Virus record (IMG/VR): IMGVR_UViG_3300037541_000696
Location: 14,500-78,499 of that record
DNA: 64,000 nucleotides
From: a virus
Strand: one strand, 5' to 3'
Shown here: one piece after another, positions 56,753-64,000 of the stretch
Layout: each line of letters begins with the position of its first letter
Numbering within the stretch: position 1 is the first letter of the stretch
Program-made: the position numbers and the translations under genes
The notes under the pieces: generated by a model
Told to the model about the DNA's origin: nothing
The model's database searches: none
The model's input: the letters and a program-made list of their open reading frames with translations, nothing else

Positions 56753-56769
56753 TGTTGCGGATTGTTTCA
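56753..56769 (+). promoter_or_regulatory. tandem-box promoter
   Basis: TGTTGCG-gat-TGTTTCA, 28 nt from GATGAT (56798-56803), then GGGCA-GAAA-TGCTC hairpin; an extra box pair lies at 56726-56742. Confidence 0.55.
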
Positions 56770-56844
56770 ACCACAGGCAGTGGCTGGCTTGATGAGCGAT
56801 GATTAGGTCACGAGGGCAGAAATGCTCCACACTTTGCTAACACC

Positions 56845-57210
56845 ATGGGATTTTTGACTACTGTCACGCTTTACAATGATGGCTTACACCTGTTAAAGGA
56901 ATATCCCGAAGAGTTTTGCGAAAAACTATATGACGCATCAGCAAGCATGGATCGTCAAGAGTTCGGATTGGGCGGTTTTTGCAATTTTGCCAATGTTCAG
57001 CGAACAAGGCACGCAGATGATCACACGCTTTATATTCACATGGGCAATTGCGTGACGGAAGTTCATCCTTGGACCAAAGAGTTTGAGCATCTGATTAGAA
57101 CACACCCTGACCTTATAGACGCATATATCCGCTTTTTGGAAGGTACACTACAGGAAATGAAAGAACATCGTGCGACAATTGGCAGTGATTCATTGACAAA
57201 GCAAAGTTGA
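56845..57210 (+). CDS. early hypothetical protein (MGFLTTV..ND..HADD)
   Basis: Under the tandem-box promoter. Confidence 0.65.
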   Translation: MGFLTTVTLYNDGLHLLKEYPEEFCEKLYDASASMDRQEFGLGGFCNFANVQRTRHADDHTLYIHMGNCVTEVHPWTKEFEHLIRTHPDLIDAYIRFLEGTLQEMKEHRATIGSDSLTKQS

Positions 57211-57629
57211 TGACTGAAACTCAATCCATTTTTGTTCGCAATGGATACTGGTATTCATATTATGAGCCTCATGACATGAAAGGAGTTGTGCTACGCACAA
57301 GATATAAACTTGAGCCTGTTAGTGGTGAAAGTATTCCAACGGATGGCAAGTATAAAGGAATCATCATTAGTAATGATATCTTAAGAGTCATATCTGGCGG
57401 AGAGTCATACGGAGAGTGGATAATAAACTTTAAACTTAGTGATTTTAAGTTTGAATTTGATGATCAGTATCATGATGACTTTAAGGCTGGCGCAATAAGA
57501 GGATTTACCGGCAAGCGTGCATGTCATCGTGATTTTTATTATCGCCAGTGTGATGATTGGAGGTTTGGGTATGAAGAGGGCCGCAGAGCACGCTTAGAAG
57601 CGATTGAAAGGTTTAAGCTGCCCTTTTAG
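57207..57629 (+). CDS. hypothetical protein
   Basis: Coupled ORF. Confidence 0.55.
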   Translation: MMTETQSIFVRNGYWYSYYEPHDMKGVVLRTRYKLEPVSGESIPTDGKYKGIIISNDILRVISGGESYGEWIINFKLSDFKFEFDDQYHDDFKAGAIRGFTGKRACHRDFYYRQCDDWRFGYEEGRRARLEAIERFKLPF

Positions 57630-57641
57630 TGATAGAATTAA

Positions 57642-57750
57642 CCCTTGGTCGTCCCATCATCCGTAAGGGGGGAGCCGTGGTCGCTTGTTGGGGGGCGTCC
57701 TGAAACGGTATCGAAGGCCAAGGGTGCTACAGGCCAACAGGTCTGTAGCT
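57642..57750 (+). ncRNA. candidate structured RNA upstream of tRNA-Thr
   Basis: CCCTTGGTC/GGCCAAGGG closes a multi-stem domain, followed by GCTACAGGCC-aaca-GGTCTGTAGC; TGaTAGAAT at 57630-57638. Confidence 0.45.
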
Positions 57751-57752
57751 TC

Positions 57753-57825
57753 GCCGATTTAGCTCAGTTGGTAGAGCAGCGCTTTTGTAAAGCGCTTGTC
57801 GTCGGTTCGAGTCCGACAATCGGCT
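57753..57825 (+). tRNA. tRNA-Thr(UGU)
   Basis: GCCGATT/AATCGGC, GCTC-AGTTGGTA-GAGC, loop TT-TGT-AA, GTCGG-TTCGAGT-CCGAC. Confidence 0.95.
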
Positions 57826-57853
57826 TTGTATCAAGATGAACAGTTGGTGGGTT

Positions 57854-57870
57854 TGTTTCAAATTGTTACG
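57854..57870 (+). promoter_or_regulatory. tandem-box promoter
   Basis: TGTTTCA-aat-TGTTACG, 28 nt from TATAGT (57899-57904). Confidence 0.7.
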
Positions 57871-57946
57871 ACTGGCTTGTGGGCTGTCGCTTGTGCCCTA
57901 TAGTGAGTTCACAGGGGCAGAGATGCCCCACCACCCAACCCCAAAA

Positions 57947-58114
57947 ATGAACAATTTTACCATCGACCTCGAAAAAATCGAAAATTCTTTATTCAATATC
58001 CGTTGCCATTTAAATTCAATGCAAGCTGCTGAAACTCGCATGGGTAGGCAGTTGGCTACCTGCCGCAAAATTGCAGGTGATGCCATGGCTTTATTAGAAG
58101 AAGCCACTGACTAA
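57947..58114 (+). CDS. small early protein (55 aa)
   Basis: Single-gene cassette: promoter, hairpin, ATG, terminator at about 58128-58153. Confidence 0.6.
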   Translation: MNNFTIDLEKIENSLFNIRCHLNSMQAAETRMGRQLATCRKIAGDAMALLEEATD

Positions 58115-58168
58115 TAGATATAAACAAGGCTCGGCATTAAGCCGAGCTTTTTTATGTCTATGCAGAGG

Positions 58169-58185
58169 TGTTACAGGTTGTGACA
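58169..58185 (+). promoter_or_regulatory. tandem-box promoter (one helical turn further upstream)
   Basis: TGTTACA-ggt-TGTGACA, 38 nt from TATAGT (58224-58229). Confidence 0.65.
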
Positions 58186-58272
58186 ACCCTGCTTCAATCC
58201 CTTCCCTGTCAGGCCTGTTAGCCTATAGTGAGTTCACAGGGGCAGAGATGCCCCACTACCCAATCTCAAAAA

Positions 58273-58551
58273 ATGACTCGCATCACCATTGCCACCATCA
58301 AACCCGGAACTGTAATCGAGGTCGGTTATCGCGGCAAAAACATGGGGCCTTCTGAGTTTCTTGGCTTTGGCACAGATAACGAAATCGCATCATTTGCATC
58401 TTTAGCTCAACTCAGGTGCAATGTTGCGGATGAAGGTGCTCACCGTGCGATCTTTCGAGACATGGAAGATGGGTCCACCTGGGCGGCTTATAGATTCAAC
58501 AAGCGTTGGGTCGTGGGCGCATCTGCGGATTACCTGCAGTTTTTTGCTTAA
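58273..58551 (+). CDS. small early protein
   Basis: Single-gene cassette; terminator GCCCCG..CGGGGC-T5 at about 58575-58598. Confidence 0.65.
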   Translation: MTRITIATIKPGTVIEVGYRGKNMGPSEFLGFGTDNEIASFASLAQLRCNVADEGAHRAIFRDMEDGSTWAAYRFNKRWVVGASADYLQFFA

Positions 58552-58628
58552 CCTCATAATTGGTGATATGCATTGCCCCGGTTAATTCGGGGCTTTTTAA
58601 TGTAGAATATATGCGTTGCATCTTCTCA

Positions 58629-59234
58629 ATGCTCAAAAACGATCGCTGGATCAGGGAACAAGCTGTGCAAGGCATGATCACTCCGTTTCAGCTCGACCTT
58701 GTAAGACAAGTGTTGGTCACTGATTTTGATGGTGAGCCAATACGAAAGGTGTTGAGTTATGGTTGCAGTTCTTACGGATATGATATAAGGCTATCTGCAA
58801 AGGATTTTAAGATTTTTCGTCATGTGCCAGGCACAGTGATGAATCCAAAGCGGTTCAATGAAGCGAACCTTGAGCCAGCAAAATTGCACAAAGATGAAGA
58901 TGGAGAGTTTTTTATTCTTCCGGGCCATTCTTATGGTCTTGGAGTAGCACTAGAAAAGCTATCTGTGCCATCTAATATCACTGTAGTCTGCTTAGGCAAA
59001 AGCACCTATGCTCGTTTAGGTATTATTGCAAATATGACTCCCGCAGAGGCTGGCTGGCGTGGCAATCTAACACTAGAATTTAGCAACTCATCTAGCGCAG
59101 ATTGCAGGATTTACGCCAATGAAGGCATCTGTCAGCTGTTATTTTTTGAAGGTGATCCTTGTGAAGTAACCTATCAAGACCGTAATGGCAAATATCAAGA
59201 TCAACCTGAAAAAGTTGTCTTTGCAAAGGTATAA
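58629..59234 (+). CDS. dcd: dCTP deaminase
   Basis: LSYGCSSYGYDIRL, GKSTYARLG, TPAEAGWRGNLTLE, YANEGICQ, GKYQ; start MLKNDRWI. Confidence 0.95.
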   Translation: MLKNDRWIREQAVQGMITPFQLDLVRQVLVTDFDGEPIRKVLSYGCSSYGYDIRLSAKDFKIFRHVPGTVMNPKRFNEANLEPAKLHKDEDGEFFILPGHSYGLGVALEKLSVPSNITVVCLGKSTYARLGIIANMTPAEAGWRGNLTLEFSNSSSADCRIYANEGICQLLFFEGDPCEVTYQDRNGKYQDQPEKVVFAKV

Positions 59235-59626
59235 TGCAAGAAAATCAAACCACAGAAAAGAAGGTGCGCCGACAAGCGAGTAAGCGCAAGGCAGTTTTAC
59301 CTGAAAAGTATGATCCATCCACATTGTTGCAATTTGGTGGATACATCTTTCCGATCAGTGAGGTGGCACGAGTCGAAGATCATATCAGGGAATTGTTTGA
59401 TGAAGAAGAACAAATAGGTTGGACATTTTTTGTAGTATTAAAAAATGGTGATATTTTAATGTGGGAGATAGATAGTCGTGACTATGAAGGACAAGAAGCT
59501 TTGATGAATTTGCATACTCAACTAAAGAACTATACCGAAGCGTTAAGAATTGCAACAATTCAAATTGTATGGGGTCGTGACGCTATGATAGTGAGGCCCG
59601 AAGATCTTGTTTATGGCAACGCCTAG
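59234..59626 (+). CDS. hypothetical protein (paralogue 1 of 3)
   Basis: GYIFPISEV..RIATIQIVWG. Confidence 0.6.
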   Translation: MQENQTTEKKVRRQASKRKAVLPEKYDPSTLLQFGGYIFPISEVARVEDHIRELFDEEEQIGWTFFVVLKNGDILMWEIDSRDYEGQEALMNLHTQLKNYTEALRIATIQIVWGRDAMIVRPEDLVYGNA

Positions 59627-59900
59627 CACTGCGGCAATCTTTCTTTATGGAGACACGTTTAGTGTTGCGGATATTAAACGTGTTAAGCCGATAATTTACA
59701 ATCTGTCTGCTAATACGATTGGTTACAAGATTCAGTTTTTTAATGGATCACCACTTAAGGTTTACAAAAGCGTTTCTGGGCTTAATACTGATGAAATCAT
59801 GAAAGCTATTTCAAACTTGGAGGAAGAACGTCAAGCAATCATTCGAGAAAGATGGCCCATGGCAGAAATGCTGATTATTGAATTTGAGAAAAAATCATGA
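59607..59900 (+). CDS. hypothetical protein (paralogue 2 of 3)
   Basis: GDTFSVADI..RQAIIRERWP. Confidence 0.6.
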   Translation: MFMATPSTAAIFLYGDTFSVADIKRVKPIIYNLSANTIGYKIQFFNGSPLKVYKSVSGLNTDEIMKAISNLEEERQAIIRERWPMAEMLIIEFEKKS

Positions 59901-60463
59901 GCGGTGGATCCATGCTGCACCTTTATCTAAAGGTGCTAGATGCTGCAAGGATTGATTCCGACGAAGGCGAAGGAGGCTTTCCGAAGAATACAGACTTGCG
60001 CAAGCGTTTTGCCGCGCATCTTGTAGATGTTGCTGTAGCATTAAGAGCTATTGAATGGAATGATTCTGGAGATAACCTAAGTAATGAAAATGAGCTAATT
60101 TTGAAGTGTTTCAAATTTTTGCCACCACAAACAATGAACAATGAACCTAGACTGATGTATCAACAAGATGCAAAACCGCTCGAAAGAGCAAGTCTTTTGC
60201 CGCCGATGGGATGGGTTAAGCTGCCCAGTGGAGAATCATTTGCACTTGCAGATGTTGTAGCACTTGGCGCAACAAAGGAAAGTTTTGACAAAGATGCAGA
60301 TCTTGAATTTTTCTATTTTAATATCAACCTTACTCACACTGCCGTGAAATGTATTTTTTATGACGAGTCAACAGACGCGCGAGAACAGCTAGAGCGCTTT
60401 CGTGATCAAATCGCTATCGCAAGGTGGGGCAATAATTGCATTAAGGTGGCAAGTGAGGCTTGA
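59897..60463 (+). CDS. fused hypothetical protein (paralogue 3 at C-terminus)
   Basis: MSGGS..IEWNDSGD domain followed by GESFALADV..RDQIAIARWG. Confidence 0.6.
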   Translation: MSGGSMLHLYLKVLDAARIDSDEGEGGFPKNTDLRKRFAAHLVDVAVALRAIEWNDSGDNLSNENELILKCFKFLPPQTMNNEPRLMYQQDAKPLERASLLPPMGWVKLPSGESFALADVVALGATKESFDKDADLEFFYFNINLTHTAVKCIFYDESTDAREQLERFRDQIAIARWGNNCIKVASEA

Positions 60464-60714
60464 TCATGAGCATTCTTCACGTTTCCTGCCAGGTCTACGA
60501 CGAAGTGGTGATCAGGCGTATAGGCTGCCCTACGTGCAAGCGCACTAGGTTTATGGTCGTCGCACATGCGCCATGGTATGGTACGGACCTTACGTGCCTC
60601 AGATGCGGCGAAAGATGGGAGGATGGCACCAGGGCCGATAGGCCATTTGAACGCGGCTGGCGCAAAACGTCAATCAATGCCGCCAAGGATCTTTATCGAA
60701 AGCATCATCCATGA
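60460..60714 (+). CDS. Zn-ribbon protein
   Basis: CPTC..CLRC. Confidence 0.6.
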   Translation: MIMSILHVSCQVYDEVVIRRIGCPTCKRTRFMVVAHAPWYGTDLTCLRCGERWEDGTRADRPFERGWRKTSINAAKDLYRKHHP

Positions 60715-60759
60715 ACACAAACCACCATCAACAGCTAACCCGCTCAAAAGGAAACCAAA

Positions 60760-61149
60760 ATGAAACCATTTGATTACTATTCCAAGTCGGAAGTTTTATA
60801 TCCAAGAAAGCCTGATTATGTCACTCTTTACGCTTACGATAAAGGTGCGGTTGTTTGGTCTGGCGCTTACCGAGAAAAGCCTAAATGTGATCTAAAAAAA
60901 GAATATCCAAATGCAGTCATTCAAGAAGTTTTGGATGAATATGCATATCAAGATCATCTTCACAGGTATCACGAAGAATCGCACCGGCTTCATGAAGAAT
61001 TTAAGTCTGATCTTTATGCTGAATTTGGCGTCAGCGATCACCCTAAAAGAGATAAGGTGTTTAACCTTGCGCGGGAATATGGACGTGAGAGTGGACACGA
61101 GAACGTCTATAACTATTTTGCAGATTTAGTTGTACTCATCAAAGATTGA
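60760..61149 (+). CDS. hypothetical protein
   Basis: EEFKSDL..HPKRDKVFNLA..G..SG motif. Confidence 0.65.
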   Translation: MKPFDYYSKSEVLYPRKPDYVTLYAYDKGAVVWSGAYREKPKCDLKKEYPNAVIQEVLDEYAYQDHLHRYHEESHRLHEEFKSDLYAEFGVSDHPKRDKVFNLAREYGRESGHENVYNYFADLVVLIKD

Positions 61150-61442
61150 TCATGCCGTTTTTTGCTCCTGTTGATTCTATTGTTGAAGCCATGGAATATG
61201 ATGGAACGTCAAAATGTGCAGATAGAATTGTCCGCTGGGCAAATCTTTTTCTTCTCAATCCTGGTTTCAGTATAAGCTTTGTCAATAATCAGCTTTCTGT
61301 TGTTATCAATGATAGCCTTGGCCTAGTAACGCATAACGTTAATAAGGGTAATTATGTTGTATTTAAGCAAGGAAGTGTCACAGTGTTTTCTAGTGAATTA
61401 TTTAAGCAACTTTACGAACGTACTCCAGATTTCAACACTTAA
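61146..61442 (+). CDS. hypothetical protein (tandem paralogue A)
   Basis: MPFFAP..EAMEYDGT..KGNYVV..FKQLYE. Confidence 0.65.
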   Translation: MIMPFFAPVDSIVEAMEYDGTSKCADRIVRWANLFLLNPGFSISFVNNQLSVVINDSLGLVTHNVNKGNYVVFKQGSVTVFSSELFKQLYERTPDFNT

Positions 61443-61479
61443 CCATCACGTTAGTCTTCTTTTAATTATTGATTAAAGA

Positions 61480-61776
61480 TTGATCATGCCATTCTTTGCT
61501 CCAAATCACGCCATCATTGAAGCCATTGAATATGACGGCACGCCACAGTCTGCAATTAAAATTATCAAGTGGGCAAAGCAGCGGATCACAACATCCGATC
61601 AAATCAAATTCAGTGATAGCCGGCTTCTTGTGGTTTATCGTTACCCTGGATCTACTGATCTGGAAAAGATGCGCGAAGTTATCAAAGGTAATTTTGTCTG
61701 CATCATGACCGGGAGTGTTAGAATACTTTGCAAGGAAGATATTAAGCAAAACTACGAATTGATTCCGTCTTGGTGA
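61480..61776 (+). CDS. hypothetical protein (tandem paralogue B)
   Basis: MPFFAP..EAIEYDGT..KGNFVC..IKQNYE. Confidence 0.65.
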   Translation: MIMPFFAPNHAIIEAIEYDGTPQSAIKIIKWAKQRITTSDQIKFSDSRLLVVYRYPGSTDLEKMREVIKGNFVCIMTGSVRILCKEDIKQNYELIPSW

Positions 61777-61788
61777 TACAATAATCCA

Positions 61789-61900
61789 AAGCCCCGGCAA
61801 GTTTCCGGGTGTCTTGACACGCCGGGGACCCATTTGGCAAGCGTGGGATAGAGGTTAGGCCGCTGATGTGCATTGCGCATTACGCCTAGCCTATCTTTTT
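61789..61900 (+). ncRNA. candidate structured small RNA upstream of terL
   Basis: TGaTACAAT at 61774-61782, three consecutive stems, terminal T5. Confidence 0.45.
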
Positions 61901-61940
61901 CGATTAAGTAGTGTATAATTAAAGCACATGTCATATTCTC

Positions 61941-63560
61941 ATGCGTTCATTCTCTCGATTGGACATGTTATCAGTTGCGGCAATGGAAGCCTATGATGGC
62001 TTTCCATTGTTAGGTATAATTGAAACGCAACATCGAATTGATCTAGCAAGATCGGCCGAAGTTGAGCCATATACAGAATCATTTAGGAAGTATATTCAAA
62101 CAGCTTATCCAAGGTTTCCATTTACAAAACACACAGAGCGATTGATTGATATTGCTCAACGCGTTGCCGATGGTGATCTACCTAGGCTTATGGTAGAGCT
62201 TCCACCTAGGCACTGGAAGTCTACGATATTTTCTAGGTTTTTGCCTGGATATTGTATCAGGAGGTTTCCTGATCGCAGTGCTGGAATATGCTGCCACACG
62301 CAAGATCTTGCGACAGGTTTTAGCGAAAATGCAAGGGATTATTTTGTAGCGTCTGGAGGGGTTCTGAGGGCTTCCTTGCGTGGCAAAGAGGAGTGGGGGC
62401 CTGATGATGGGATCGGGAGTTGTTGGACTGCTGGTGTCGGCAAGGGCACGGGTAAGCCAGGGCATTTTTTGTTCGTGGATGACCCGATCAAATCAAGGGA
62501 GCAGGCGGAATCAGCAGCGTATCGCAGACAAATTCACTCATGGTGGGATTCTGTGCTTAGCACAAGGGAAGAGCCAGGAAGTTCAATGGTAATTGTTCAT
62601 ACTAGGTGGCATGAATATGATCTAATTGGCTACTTGTTGGAAAAGAACTTAGAACTTGAAAAAGAAGGGTTAGAAACCGAATGTGAACGCTGGCATGTTA
62701 TATCATTGCCGATCGAAGCACTGCCTGCTAATGATATTAAACCCTTGCCTTCAAGTGTAACAAGAGAGATTGATTCAAGAAGGGTTGGTGAGCCATTGGA
62801 TCCTGATAGATTTGGCCATAAATTTATCAAAAGGAAACGTGCTAACACTCCTCCGAGAGACTGGGAGGCAATCTATCAGCAACGACCAAGCGCCGGCGCA
62901 GGCACTGTATTTTTCAAAGATCGGCTTGCTTTTTATAGTTGTGATCAGTGGAGGGGATTAGAAGGTGATCCTATGCTGCCGCAACAATTCATCCGCAAGA
63001 TTCTATCTGTTGACTGCACGTTTGATGATACGGCAGGTAGCGATATGGTTGCGATGGGATTATATGGACAGACTGAGCATGGCTTATGGAAAATAGATCT
63101 TGTCAATGAAAGACTGGATTTTCCAAAGACACTAAATATGATCAAAACGCTTTACAAAAAGCATTATTTTAATGAGCTGTTGATTGAGAAAAAAGCTAAC
63201 GGCGCTGGCATCATTAAGATGCTTGAATCAGAACAGGCGCATGGCTTCCGAGTGGTTGCCGCTGGCATCGGCGAGATGGGCAGCAAAGAGGGCCGGGCCA
63301 ATGCTGCCAGCGTGGAGGTGAACAGCGGCCGCGTTTTGCTACCACGGTCAGCGCCATGGACCAATGAATGCGTAGACCAGTTGACTAAGTTTCCATCAGG
63401 CGTGCATGCTGATATTGTAGATGAAGTAAGCCAGGTTGTGATCTACATTACAGGCAGTGGTCCGCTGAGGTTTGAGACCGTAAGTTGGGGATATGGTGTT
63501 CCAAGTTTTCAGAATCAAGGCGTTATGGTGAATCAAGTAGGGTATAATTATGGTGCCTAA
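61941..63560 (+). CDS. terL: terminase large subunit
   Basis: LMVELPPRHWKST (Walker A), FLFVDDPIK (Walker B), TRWHEYDL, LSVDCTF, IEKKANG, FPSGVHADIVD. Confidence 0.93.
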   Translation: MRSFSRLDMLSVAAMEAYDGFPLLGIIETQHRIDLARSAEVEPYTESFRKYIQTAYPRFPFTKHTERLIDIAQRVADGDLPRLMVELPPRHWKSTIFSRFLPGYCIRRFPDRSAGICCHTQDLATGFSENARDYFVASGGVLRASLRGKEEWGPDDGIGSCWTAGVGKGTGKPGHFLFVDDPIKSREQAESAAYRRQIHSWWDSVLSTREEPGSSMVIVHTRWHEYDLIGYLLEKNLELEKEGLETECERWHVISLPIEALPANDIKPLPSSVTREIDSRRVGEPLDPDRFGHKFIKRKRANTPPRDWEAIYQQRPSAGAGTVFFKDRLAFYSCDQWRGLEGDPMLPQQFIRKILSVDCTFDDTAGSDMVAMGLYGQTEHGLWKIDLVNERLDFPKTLNMIKTLYKKHYFNELLIEKKANGAGIIKMLESEQAHGFRVVAAGIGEMGSKEGRANAASVEVNSGRVLLPRSAPWTNECVDQLTKFPSGVHADIVDEVSQVVIYITGSGPLRFETVSWGYGVPSFQNQGVMVNQVGYNYGA

Positions 63561-63588
63561 AAGGCGCTCAAGGTGGAGTTTTTGGTAG

Positions 63589-64000
63589 ATGACCCAACAG
63601 GCTTTGCGACCAACACGCGCTACAGGGGCTCGAAGCTTGAAGATTCGAGCGGTTTCGGCGCCTGCTGAATCAAACAAAAAGATACAGGCATTTCCACCGA
63701 CAGAATACAGTGAGCAGCTTGCGATAGACAACATTAAGCTGGCACAAAAGCACGCGCATCTAATGGCGGTGCGCACTGGAATGCCATTTGATGACCTATA
63801 TCAAGTTGCGTTGGTGGGGTTAATAAAGGGCTGTCGACGATATGACCCAAAGAAGCTTAGCCCAAAAACAGGTGAACCATGCAAGCTAAGCACAATCGCG
63901 GTGCCTTTTATTGAAGGCGCCATGAGGCAGTATTTGCGCGATCGTGGCCATAGCAGTGGGGTTAGGTTTCCTGATCGCTGGCGTGATAAAGCTTCAATTG
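63589..64000 (+). CDS. sigma-70 family, SigF/SigB-type RNA polymerase sigma factor (truncated by window edge)
   Basis: Manual translation: DNIKLAQKHAH..PFDDLYQVALVGLIKGCRRYDP..LSTIAVPFIEGAMRQYLRD..VRFP (regions 2.1-2.4). Not in ORF track. Confidence 0.85.
   Translation, partial: MTQQALRPTRATGARSLKIRAVSAPAESNKKIQAFPPTEYSEQLAIDNIKLAQKHAHLMAVRTGMPFDDLYQVALVGLIKGCRRYDPKKLSPKTGEPCKLSTIAVPFIEGAMRQYLRDRGHSSGVRFPDRWRDKASI

Noticed and set aside
57896-57908. CCCTATAGTGAGT (also 58222-58233) matches the reverse complement of the T7 promoter core
   Set aside because: The TAATACG specificity half is absent, no T7-like RNAP was seen, and TATAGT is explained as the plus-strand -10 at the regulon's fixed spacing.

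Overview
The window is about 64 kb of a tailed dsDNA cyanophage with siphovirus-type organisation. A picocyanobacterial host (Synechococcus/Cyanobium-like) is inferred from nblA, cyAbrB, a SigF-type sigma factor, and cyanobacterial-type thyX/nrdJ/dcd. Layout: (1) 1-2.1 kb, minus strand: nblA, C39-type endolysin and a Myb/NUMOD1 protein. (2) 2.1-20 kb, plus strand: virion genes (tape measure, tail tip, scaffold, major capsid, tail fibre, small membrane genes). (3) 20-40.8 kb, mostly minus strand: RecE-like nuclease with a putative annealing protein, cyAbrB, DUF4942 adenine methylase with two HxD..H oxygenase-like paralogues, DUF932, ASCH, AcrIII-1 ring nuclease, intein-bearing thyX, RusA, a ParB-like protein and a lambda-O-like initiator with internal iterons. 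(4) 41-64 kb, plus strand: 3 tRNAs, TerS-like gene, tmk, intein-bearing nrdJ, dcd, many small ORFs, terminase large subunit and a truncated sigma factor. Portal, tail tube and integrase were not seen. The strongest unannotated signal is a two-tier cis-regulatory system readable in the DNA. First, about 14 promoters carry a 10-bp-period tandem TGTnACA box pair 27-29 nt upstream of a TAnnnT -10; this resembles HLR1, the host RpaB site, and is often followed by a conserved leader hairpin. Second, six exact CGGGAAAACT boxes precede virion genes and plausibly serve the phage SigF-like sigma. Also noted: a candidate antisense RNA over the replication-initiator leader, GCGAY-loop hairpins in the scaffold and capsid leaders, and three candidate structured RNAs. 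All family assignments are from motif recognition by eye; no searches were run.
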